NCBI GenBank assembly: GCA_009103225.1 | Contig: RHPI01001517.1 | Coordinates: forward strand, 325,571 to 389,570 | Source: Chlorokybus atmophyticus | Lineage: Eukaryota > Plantae > Mesostigma and Chlorokybus algae | Length of the DNA stretch: 64,000 nucleotides | Reading direction: 5' to 3' | In this document: positions 48,675 to 59,261 of the stretch, one piece after another | Layout of the letters: every line of letters starts with the position of its first letter | Position numbering within the stretch: position 1 is the stretch's first letter | The notes under the pieces: generated by a model | The model's database searches: none | Seen by the model: only the letters and a program-made list of their open reading frames with translations | Told to the model about the DNA's origin: nothing | Program-made: the position numbers and the translations under genes

Positions 48675-50712
48675 ATATGCTTAACCTTCAACATCATGCA
48701 CACCCTTACGATTGGTAAATGCCCATTTGGGCAGTGGATCTTGAGCCCACGGCATCATGTACTCGTACTCCACCCATAACAGGACTACAGCAGACTCATA
48801 AAATTTACACCATGCAGGCAAGGCCTCCCGTAAGCGGTGCCTCATATGTAGACCTTTCACAACCAAGTTGCTAGGTGCTCGCGTGCAAACTCACAATGCT
48901 TCATCCAGTCCTCCACCAGCTCCGACTCAATTGCAGTGTAGTCAAGTGCTATAGTGTACGCTGCCTCTGTTTCTGCCCCCCGTATGTGCCATAAGTGAGT
49001 ACATGCTCTCTGATCTTGTACCAGTTACAACTTTTGCACACGACGTCCGATGGGGACGCTTAAGGTGTTACGTCGATGCGCTACACAGCGCTCATGTTAT
49101 TAAGCGGCGTCCAATAAGAAAGATAATCAAAGAAGAAAAAAAACGGTTGTTAAAAAACGGCCTCACATAAAAGTTGTGCACCAAACAATGTGCAACCATA
49201 GCAAACCGTGTTTAAAATTTAACGTTCTTTAGGTCTACATAAGCGTCACTGCGTCACAAGGATGCACCCAAAGTTTCATCCCATTCAAGGGTCGTGTGAG
49301 ACATAAAACGAAGTTAGGGGCAACAATTGCACATAAGTGTACAGCTGCTAGGCTATCACAAATGTCACCACAGCTACAAAGTTGTTGTATCGGCCCCCAC
49401 GGTCAGTAGAGGCCTTACAGCAATATGCACACAGGTGCCCAAGCTCCTTGCAATTATACCAAATGCGGGCATTACGCTGGCCCCCAATACAAGCCGCCTG
49501 GGACTGCATGGGAGCGGTCCTGCAGCTGATGTGCCCCGCACCAGACGCATGAACTCGGAGTGGCGAGGGGGGTACAAGCCCCGCCCCTTGTTGGGAGTAT
49601 TGGCAGGCTTTGCCTTGGGCTTGGGCTGCGCCACGACCACCTCCTTGATTGCCTTCTTAAGGCGCTTCTCCTCCATGTCATCCGCGGCCAGAGGGTTGCC
49701 CTGCAGTTCCTCCACCACCTTCCAACTGTGCTTGTTGGCCACTTCCACACAGTGGATTTGCTTGAACACTTTGTCCAGCGCTTCGGCGAAAAGCACGTAT
49801 GAGCAACACTGGTTGCATAAGCACACAGGCTCAAAGCCGCAGGGTCTAGCGCCATGCGCACCCACATGCCATTCTCAACCTTACCAACCACGTGCCATGG
49901 ATGCGGATGCAAATGGTGTGCCCTGTTGTGCTTGTTACCTTGCTGTGAGGTAGTCATAATGTGAATACAGGAGTGGGCATGCAATGGCGTTAGGTGCGGG
50001 CCCTCCCCCCCCTCGAACACGGGGGAAGGATGGACGCAGACCAAATGCATCTCGAGCATCCATATCAATGAGGAGGCAGCGCCTTTACAAGGCCCGCAAC
50101 GCACGCATGTGCAAGTGGGCATGGACCAAGTCTGCACCCACACAATGGTGTTCCAATGATGCTTGTGCACATGACCCTACAAAGAATGAGCCCACCTCTC
50201 ATGTTCTCTTTGCGGCCGTGGGCGAAGTGGGGATTATCGGCAAGGTGAGCGAGCACAAGATCAAGGAGCTCGCCGCCGCGCCAATGTAAGCCGCCACATC
50301 CACATGTTGCCAAGCCCGCTTCTCCATGTTCTCCTTCAAAAAGACCGCGGGTTCATTGAAGCGGTTGTACATCGCCTCCACCCGAGCATTGGGGGTGTTG
50401 AAATCCATCTCGCAGCGAAGGATGCTCACTAGTAGCGGTGATTGTGCTTGGTGGCGACGGGCTCACGAGGGATGGCGGGCGCCTTCTCACGCTTGAGGCG
50501 CATGTTTACCGCCTCCAACTCCTCCAACCTCCATGCCATTGCCTCTGTGGGTGTCATGGATGGGGTAGAATCGTTGGAAAAGGGGCTTGCCTCCCTCTTC
50601 CTATGTGTGTAAGTGATGAAAAGCGGGTCCTCGTTGTCCTCGTCCTCCTCACCACCGCCACCTTCCTTGTTTACCTCCTCCTCTCCCACGGGGGGGGGGG
50701 GGGGGGGGGGGG

Positions 50713-50827
50713 NNNNNNNNNNNNNNNNNNNNNNNNNNNNNNNNNNNNNNNNNNNNNNNNNNNNNNNNNNNNNNNNNNNNNNNNNNNNNNNNNNNNNNNN
50801 NNNNNNNNNNNNNNNNNNNNNNNNNNN
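50713..50827. other. Assembly gap inside a poly-G tract (G 50690-50712 and 50828-50853)
   Basis: Read directly. Confidence 0.99.
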
Positions 50828-51989
50828 GGGGGGGGGGGGGGGGGGGGGGGGGGCGCACCTCTCCCTCCTTCCTCAACGCTCTCCTCTCCTCCTCCTTACT
50901 CAAGGTGTGGCGACGCGAACTCCTAGCCCGCGACAAGCAATTGGCGGCTAGCAACGCCTTCGCAGCCGTGGCCGCCACCTTCTCTCCATCATCTTGGGCA
51001 CTCGCTTGTAACCGTGTAACCATAATGGAGGTCCTCCTCCGTGCACACCTCTTTACCACACTTGCCATCCTTGCCAAGGATGGCACCGCCGCGCTAGGGT
51101 TTCAAGCAACTAGATAAGGAGCTTGTGACTCATAACTCACATCTAGTGCATGCTTATGCCCCTAAGTGCCCAAGGCACAAGGGGCACAAGAGTCTTATAA
51201 CTTATTAACGAGTTCTTGAGTTCATGGACACGCATTTCATGCGCTTTGTGAACTCATATCACACTAGTGCAGACGTCGTGTATAGATCAGCCTATATAAA
51301 GTTGTACACTTACACATATGTATTATATTGCACTTGGGTGCTAGGCGTAGCCACTGTGCTATCGACCCATAGCGACCCCTCAGCATGAGATGTGTGTCGC
51401 ATAACTCGTGCATGAGTTCTCAAACAGTCTATAATGCTGTGCCGAACCCAATACCACTCGACCACATTGACATGCTTACAAACAGTGTTCACCATTATTG
51501 AGGCATTGTACTTCACATCGATGAAGTACAGACAGGTTCCCCAAATGGCCACATTTGTTTAAAACTGTCCTTTGCATTATGACATACAAGACGATATGGC
51601 TTGTGATTATTAGCAATTTAATACAACACTTGGCATTGACTATCAACTTTCTGTGGTGTTTAACAGCGTGGGCAAGCTTTTGGCTGAATACTTAACACCA
51701 GGGCCCATGGTAGTATCAAGTCGTTGAGGTTTATGCTTGCTCTCATCACAATGCTATCAAGTAGCCATAGTTATTCTTGGCTACAAGTTCCACAGCAAGT
51801 ATAAGTACGTCCCCACATGCGCAGCTATTCGTGAAATTGGTCACAGTGTAAAAGCAAATACAAACTTGTTGCAAGCGACTTTATTGCATTTAACAGCTTT
51901 ACAGTAAGATTAAATCTCACGCAAGACTCAAAGGTTGATATGTATGGTATTGTCACGCCTAATGGGCTAGCAAAATCCACTCTTGATTT

Positions 51990-54760
51990 GCTTATGTAGG
52001 GTTGACTAGTTTTGACTAGCACTCATTAGTGTATTATAGTAGGCACCGTATGTTGTACAATACAGAAGATCTAGTTTGCTCTAATAAGCAGCGCCACACT
52101 AGTGCGTGTGCATGGTTGCTATTGTGCAACAATTTCAGCCAACTATAGGCCTACACTAGTACTAGCATAGCATATACGAGTTGGTATAACCTGGGGAGGC
52201 GCCATTTTTATTGCAAACTAAGGGAAGCATGGCGACCAGCTATAACGACGTTGATATCGAGCAACTAGACCTCGACAACTATGGGACATGGAGCATTTTT
52301 GCTGCGGATGCTACTCATGCACAAACACCTATGGACGGTGGTGGATCTCGAAAAGAGCGCTCCCAACATGGCGAATGCGAACCACAAGAACAAATCCAAT
52401 CCAATCAGGCACTTGCGTTGCTAGGACTGAATGTTGTATAGCATCACTTTGCGCTTATTGCACGTTGCAAGACTGCTGGAGAGTTGTGGCAGAAATCTGC
52501 AGATGTGTATAAGGCTAAGAGCAATGCTAGGAAGTTGCAAGTAAGGAAGCAGTTGAATGCCTTGAAGAAAGATGTTGCTGAGCCTGTCCACGAATTCATC
52601 TTGCGAGCTAAGCAGTTGTGGGATGACTTGCTCGCCATTGGCCATGAAGTGAAGGAGGTGGAGGTCGTTTTGGCGATTCCCGTCGGCCTACTCAAGGAGT
52701 TCACAATGACTGTCACCATCATGGAGTCATCCAGTGAGGAGCTCACCCTTTGAGCGGTTACCTCACGAATTTTGTAAGTTGAGCAACGAGCATCCACTTC
52801 GCGCCATTATGATTCAAGGCTGTTGCGTTCGCTGCACACTCTAACCCACAAGGCAACTACAACAATGGAGGGGGGAAGCAGCAGACGAAGACGCGCACTT
52901 GCCACTACCGTAGCAAGAAAGGGCATTTCCAGAAGGCCTGCAGAAAGTTGAAACGCGATCAGCAACAAAAGCAAGGTTATGATTGGCAGGCTATAGCACT
53001 TGCTGCAAGCAACAATGCTACTGATGCGTTAGAGCTGTGGGAGTAGGCATCGTCATCCTACACTATGGGCACTACAAATGAAGTGGCTCTGAAGGAGGCA
53101 CTCTATGTGCCAGGCTTAGCCTCCAGCCTGTTATTTATCCGAAGAGCTACAAGAGCAGGCGCCAAGGTTAATTTCACTGCTGAGAGGGGTCAAGTCAAAG
53201 TGAACAATATTGTTGTTGCAGAAGGCACATTGCGGCAAAATATGTACTGCATCACATGTGATCGGCAGCATGCATTGTCTGCGATAGTCACTGCATTAGC
53301 TATAGCTCAATTCTGACAACAAAGAACTAGAATATCTTAGGTGGGACAACCTGGCAAGACTGGTTGCTAAGGACATGGTGGAAGGGATTAGCATTGAGGT
53401 GGAGGACATCAAGGCAGCAAATGGTGATCTGTGCGAGACATGCGTGTTCAGTAAGATCCTAGCCTAGACAGCCTTTTCCTACCTCTTACCGCACCAGTTT
53501 AACACCCTTGCAGATTGTGCACATGGACGTATATATATACGATCCCATGCCAGTTGCGTCCATTGGAGGAAGTTGGTACATTGCCACTTATTTGGATGAC
53601 ATCAGCAAACAGGCAGCCATCATTCCAGTTGCTACCAAGTCATATGTTGCTGCTGTTGTAAAGCGGACGCTCACCTCCTTCGGATCATAAGTAAGGCTAC
53701 ACCACTGAGTGTGGGAGTTCAGCTACCCAAGGCTTGAAACATTAACTCTGTGCTTGACACATCGGTCTACCCTTATGGTGAGCTTGTTGGGAGCCTCGTC
53801 TACTTATCCATTGTCATGAGGCCTGACATCGCACAAGCCGTGGGAGTTGGCGAGACACATGTCAGCACCCACCATAAAGCAATTAAAGGCATTGAAAGGA
53901 GTTCTTCGCTACCTCAGAAGCACACAGGACGTGGGTATCACTTTTGGGAGGAAAACGGTCATCACATTACAGGGCTACTGTGATGCCGTATATGCTGGAG
54001 ACATCGATATAAGGAGGTCTACCACAGGTTACACTGTCTTGATGGGAGAAAGCGTTGTCAGCTGGAACAACCAACTACAACCAATTGTTGCTGCATTTAC
54101 CACGGAGACCGGGTACATGGCGGCTTCATCTATAGTAAAGGCAGTGTTGTGGCTTCGCAAGTTGGTCACTGACCTTGGATATGCGCTAGGTCGTGTCACC
54201 ATTGCATGAGACAACCAAGAAGCGCTCGAGTTGAGCATGCACCCCATCACATTTGCCGGGTCGAAGCATATTGACACCATGCACCACTTAGTGAGCGGGA
54301 GAGTTGCACGAGGGGAAGTGGAATTTTGGTATTGCAGCACGAAGAACATGCTCGCAGATTGCATAACCAAGCCACTACCACCCACCAAGTTTCAGACATG
54401 TTGCGTGGAGCTTGAAGGTGAAGGCTAAATATGCTCGCATGGGAGTGTTTATGGTACTTGGCTAGGCGCCTTAGCTAAACTTCTATAATCATCTTTACCT
54501 TAACAGTTACGGTCAACTGCCGTTATGGCAGTTGCAGTCCACTATGGTCACTGCTGACTTTGACCTTTAATTTTGACCATTGACTTTGACTTTGACTGGT
54601 GTTAGCTAATGTAGACTTTAACCAGGGTTGATTAGTGTTGACTAGCACTCACTAGTGTACTGTATAAGACACTGTATGTTGTGCAATACAGGGAAATTCA
54701 CTTTGTTCTACTTGTCAACACCACACTAGTGCGTGTGCATCGTTGCTACTGTGCAATTTT
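51990..54760 (+). mobile_element. Degenerate Copia related to Copia-A (Copia-4), with about 1.5 kb of IN/RT deleted
   Basis: gag from ATG 52229 colinear with 23992 onward; at ~53670-53690 integrase (VVKRTLT) is joined to the RT/RH linker (KATPLSVG); RNase H ends at 54428; 3' LTR from 54446. Confidence 0.8.
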
Positions 54761-54769
54761 AATAGGGTG

Positions 54770-55245
54770 GGCTTTTTTGCGACGGGCTCATGAGGGATGG
54801 CCGGCGCCTTCCCACGCTTTATGCGTATGCTCTTTGCCTTTGACCTCCTCGCCATGTCCTCCGCGGACATAATGGACGGGGTGGTAGCGCAGCTTGCATT
54901 TACAGCCCTTTTTTTGCGCTAAGTTTAAAAGTCCTCATCCTCGCCTCGACTACTACCCTCCGTTTACCTCCGCTTCTCTCCCACCGCCGAGGGGGCGCAC
55001 CTCTCCCTCCTCCCTTTCCTCCCTTCCCTCCTCCACCTCGCGATGTGAATCTTTAGCCCGCAATAAGCATTTAGCGGCTAGCAACGCCGCGGCGGCCGTG
55101 ACCGCCACCTCTCGTCCATCATCTTGGGCACTCGTCTGTGACCATGTGACCATGGTGGAGGGCCGCCTCCGTCCACAGCTCCTCACCACCCTCAGCACCT
55201 TGGACAAGGATGGCGGCGCCGTGCTAGGGATTCAAGCGGTTGGGT
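54770..55245 (-). mobile_element. DIRS left-end fragment (part of B plus ORF1 N-terminus)
   Basis: ORF 54953-55207 (VVRSCGRRRPSTMVT...AQDDGREVAVTAAAALLAA) matches 12222-12470. Confidence 0.7.
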
Positions 55246-55739
55246 GATTGAAGTTGAGATTTTACGCACAAGAGGTAAGCGTACATACATCACTTCGTTC
55301 TAAGATTTACCTTTTTACCAATTGCTAATTACCAGTACATTGATAGTAAGTTGGATTTTTACTGTGTGTTACCTTTCCTTGTTGGGTCTAATTTTCTATA
55401 AAAGCTTTACCTTCTAAATCTTTTTACTTCTTTGCATCACAAGATAAGAGGTGTAAATATACAAAAGAATACCTTTTTGCTTAATCATTTATCCATAAAG
55501 AGCCGTATGCAGCGAAAGTTGCATATACGGTTCGGCGAGGATACTATTTATGTCGCTAGAAAATAATCGTATCATTTTTTATTTTAATTATTAAAATTAA
55601 AAATGATACGATTATTGATATAAAATTAGAGTAAAATGCAGCAATGCACCAATGCAGCAATCTGTAATCGCTATATTGCGTCTTGACAACGGATACCAAC
55701 CGTCTATAGTCAATGATTTTTCTAATCTAGCCGCATTAA
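55246..55739. other. AT-rich organelle-like insertion (probable NUPT/NUMT)
   Basis: Abrupt AT-rich island containing a group II intron domain V and a 55-bp hairpin at 55562-55616. Confidence 0.6.
55500..55533 (+). ncRNA. Group II intron domain V (fragment)
   Basis: GAGCCGTATGCAGCGAAAGTTGCATATACGGTTC: 34 nt, AGC triad, GAAA tetraloop, 2-nt bulge, followed by purine-rich ggcgagg. Confidence 0.78.
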
Positions 55740-56085
55740 GTGCTAGGCTACAATTACGAGAACTACTGCTTTTTACGCCTTGTGAAAATCACGCGCTTCT
55801 TCGGTCTTCAACTTGTCGCTGGCGCCACTGCTGCCGATGTCGGGGTCGAAGTTTGTAAAGCTTGTACAGCTGCAAAGTTTACCACACTCGCCACCTTCAC
55901 CCAGGATGGCGCCGCTGTGCTAGGGGTTCTCAAGCGATTAAACAAGTAGCTAGTGACTCACAGCTCACGCCTAGTAGGTGCTTGTGCCCCATTGTGCCCA
56001 AAGCTGTAAGGGCACAAAAGTCTCACAACTCATCAACGAGTTGAGTTTATGGGCGCGCATATTATGCACTTCCTGAACTCATGTA
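55740..56085 (+). repeat. DIRS right-end module X-B' with an intact terminus
   Basis: Aligns with 35575-35858 and continues to ...tgaactcatgta, close to the complement of tatatgagttca. Confidence 0.7.
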
Positions 56086-58249
56086 AGATCATCAAGAAGC
56101 TGCAGCAATGATATAATGCCCATGTTGGTGGCGGATGCGACCAAGTTTATTTTGTGTAGTGACACATGTTATCGTAAGTGCACCTCGTCATAGAGGTCGG
56201 CGCCCCAAGTCCACATTGCCCTCAATGTTCAACCAGGCAACCGTTGCAAACCACCAGCAGCCACTTTTAGCCAATTAATCGCAGCAAAACCCCGCACAAA
56301 CGCCCAGCCCATCACAACAACTCCACCTGACACCGCAGTCGCAGGGGCAAGCTACAATGTATGCGTTCTTGATGCACTGTGCACGTTGCTTCTTGCTTAA
56401 ACTTCAAACTTTGATGCTTGCTTTTTATATGACTGGCACAGTGACTCACTGCATGCGTTCTTGATACACGGTGCACATTGCTTCGTGCTCACCTGTGAGG
56501 GTTGCATCTTGTATGGCTGGCAGCATGGCTCACATGGTTATGCTTGCAGAGGGTCGATTGGAACCCCCAACCCAAACGCATTGGGCCGTGCCGTTAGCAA
56601 CCCTTCCCCAAGCAAGTGGAAGATTGGCAACGATGTAAGCACTGTGCGACACTGTGTGTAGCGGATTGTTCTTTAATGGACATTTGGGCATTTGCGAGAT
56701 TCTGTCGTTGAAATTGTAAACGGCCACTGGGTAGAGAGCCACGATTATACCGATAAGGACCCTATTCATGACTTCCCGTGCCCAGGTAGTTGGCTTCGAA
56801 CATGATGATGCGGCCAAGTTCTATAAGGTGTATTGGACGCTTCAGGAGTGCCCCTTCCACTGGAATGTTGCCTTGAAGAAAGCTACGCAGGTTCGCTATG
56901 AGAATGTCACAAAGATCAAGCATGTCCCTGAGAAGGAGTCCAAGTGGACACTGTTCAACAGCAACAAGTGCAAGTGAGTTGGATCCCTCACCACCATGTA
57001 TGTTATGCAACATTGCCTTCTTACTCAGCCTCCATACACACGTATGCATCTCGCCTATTGTAAACAATTTAATAAAGCACATCCACGCTCTAATGGACCC
57101 CGAGACCCAAAAAGCCCAAATGCGCAATGCGCTCCAAAGTAGGTCACAGGCACTATAATAGCCTAGTGCAGGCTCAACTTAAACTATCGATATTGTGATT
57201 AATGCCTTGTTGGTATGACTCTCACATGCAAGTCATGGCGGAAATTTAAAGTGACCGACAGTGCAGACCTGGAGCGGAGGACATACATCCATGAATGGGA
57301 CAATCCCATAATCTGGCAGATGATCGTGCAATGATGGTCTTACGCCGTCACTATACCTGGTCGCCGGCAGTTGACGATCAACCACCTTGCATACCTGTTG
57401 CTTACGGTGAGCACTCTGAATCACTGGCATATCAAAAATGCGGTAGCCTCAAACTATTGGCACGCAGACGCGCTGCAGTGGATAGTGGCTTTAAATGCCA
57501 CTAAGACATGCCTGTAAACTACGCCGGCGGAGCGCATTTAAAAGAGAAAGGATGGACACCCTTTCATAGCTGCCAGCATCAACACACATGAAGAATACCT
57601 TAACGAAATCAACACCATGATCATGTCAACGAAGCGAGAGATGAGGCAACGGTACGCAGCCCTCCAGCCATTCACCCTTGTGAAACGCCGCACTGCATCT
57701 TGTATCGAATACCTACAAATATCCCAACCGGCGCCGGCCGTAAGAGACATCAGCTCGTGATCCGCTCGCTTAAGCAGAAGCGGCATTTGATTGGTTGGCG
57801 CAACTGCTTGAGGAGGAGGAAGAGCAAGCTCCGGCATCTCCTCTACGTTCCCCAGCGCGTGGTGCTTTAATTCATCAATGACGGGTTCATGAAGGCGATG
57901 ATGGAGAGGAGCTGGTAGTGTACACAGCTGCAAGGCTTTTGTAACTTAGTGTCGTGCATTTAGCACCAGCTCAGTCAATCGTTATTACAATTATGCATGT
58001 AACAACTTGCATCCCTATGATATACAACAGAACTGCAGGCAACGCAAGTAACATAATCGAATTACAAGCCTTGGCAAGTGACTGAGAGACACTGTACACA
58101 CCTCAGGTACCTGTACACAGCACATGCACATAGCAATGCTGACAATCGGTGACGGTTGCGTGTAGGCATGCATTGCAAATACATGTAACGATAATTAGGC
58201 GTTAGTCACCTTCAGTTGGTTAAATTGCCTTACCACATGGGAACTGCAG

Positions 58250-58810
58250 CCCGTGCCAGTACTGGCACAAACCGTTTGTGCCAGTACTGGCACCTGCTTT
58301 TCGGGGCTAGACCCGAAAAGCCCCGGAACTGGCACAAAACGGCTTGTGCCAGCAATGGATGCTAACTTACCTACTGGTAAGTGGCACAAGCCGTCCATAA
58401 CCAGCACTGAAATGACTTAATAGTTAACAATACTAGCACAAAGCCCTTACTGCCGACACTGGCATTAAGGCTTTCCATGCCTGCTCTGGCAAGAACAGTT
58501 TAAGACCAGAACTGGCACAACAGCCTTGTAGCCGGTGCTGGAATTTGAAGATTATGTCCATTACTGCAATAGACAACTTGCTGCCAGTGCCGTTTCTGAT
58601 GCTTTCATGCCAGCACTGGCAAAGAACCCATTGTGCCAAGGCTAGATCCTTGAATTTCCTGCCATTACTGGCACAAATAGTTTTAGAACCAGTAATGACA
58701 AAAAAAGCGTCGTGCCATTCACGGAGGCCTATCAGCAGAGAAAATGTGATACTGGCACAATGTATTCAACAAAAGTCATGCACTGATCTAATGAAACCAG
58801 TGCCATACAG
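58250..58810. repeat. Array of ACTGGCAC(AA) motifs in both orientations, probably CACTA subterminal repeats
   Basis: About a dozen copies, including two perfect 16-bp palindromes GTGCCAGTACTGGCAC at 58253-58268 and 58278-58293; lies downstream of the transposase. Confidence 0.65.
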
Positions 58811-59261
58811 CACAGCTATAGCTTTCCTATCAAAAGCCCTACGAAGTAGCTACAAAAAGCCCATGAAGAAAGTCTTCTGGTCTTCAGCTGTCCAGTCCCC
58901 GCAGCCAGCAGGCCCGCTTGGCCCAGCCCGCTAGCCCAGGTATTAGCCCGCTAGCCCGCTAGACCCTGCAAGTCTCAACCCTGACCGTGCGGAAAACCCT
59001 TCCAGTAGACCCTGCAAAGGCCCTGCCTTAAAGCCTCCTAACCCCAAACAGACCCTGGAAAGTCTCCACCTTAAACCCTTCAAGCCCCAACCCAGACCCT
59101 GCCAAGACGCAAACCCTTTGGACCCATACCCAGTAGCTATAGTGTTCTCCAGTCCAGCTACTCCCATTCACCCTGCAACACCGCAAAAGCCCCTTATGTC
59201 TTTGATGAGTAAAATGCGTATTGCACACTCAAACAATGTTTGTTTCCAAACGAGCCTACCT

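Larger units (their letters stand above)
44216..48693 (-). mobile_element. Copia family 3 gag-only derivative (~2.17 kb net) with family 2 copy b nested in its 5' LTR
   Basis: LTRs 44216-44627 and 45985-46374 + 48680-48693; PBS ggttatgggctc; TSD tcata/tcatg (44211-44215, 48694-48698). The DIRS RT resumes across it (GVH|EF). Confidence 0.8.
43495..51420 (-). mobile_element. DIRS copy 2 (A-B-ORF1-RT, truncated in RT), interrupted by Copia family 3
   Basis: A' 51260-51420, B' 51060-51260, ORF1 49330-51080, RT at 48694-49010 and 43495-44215; colinear with copy 1 minus its insertions. Confidence 0.85.
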
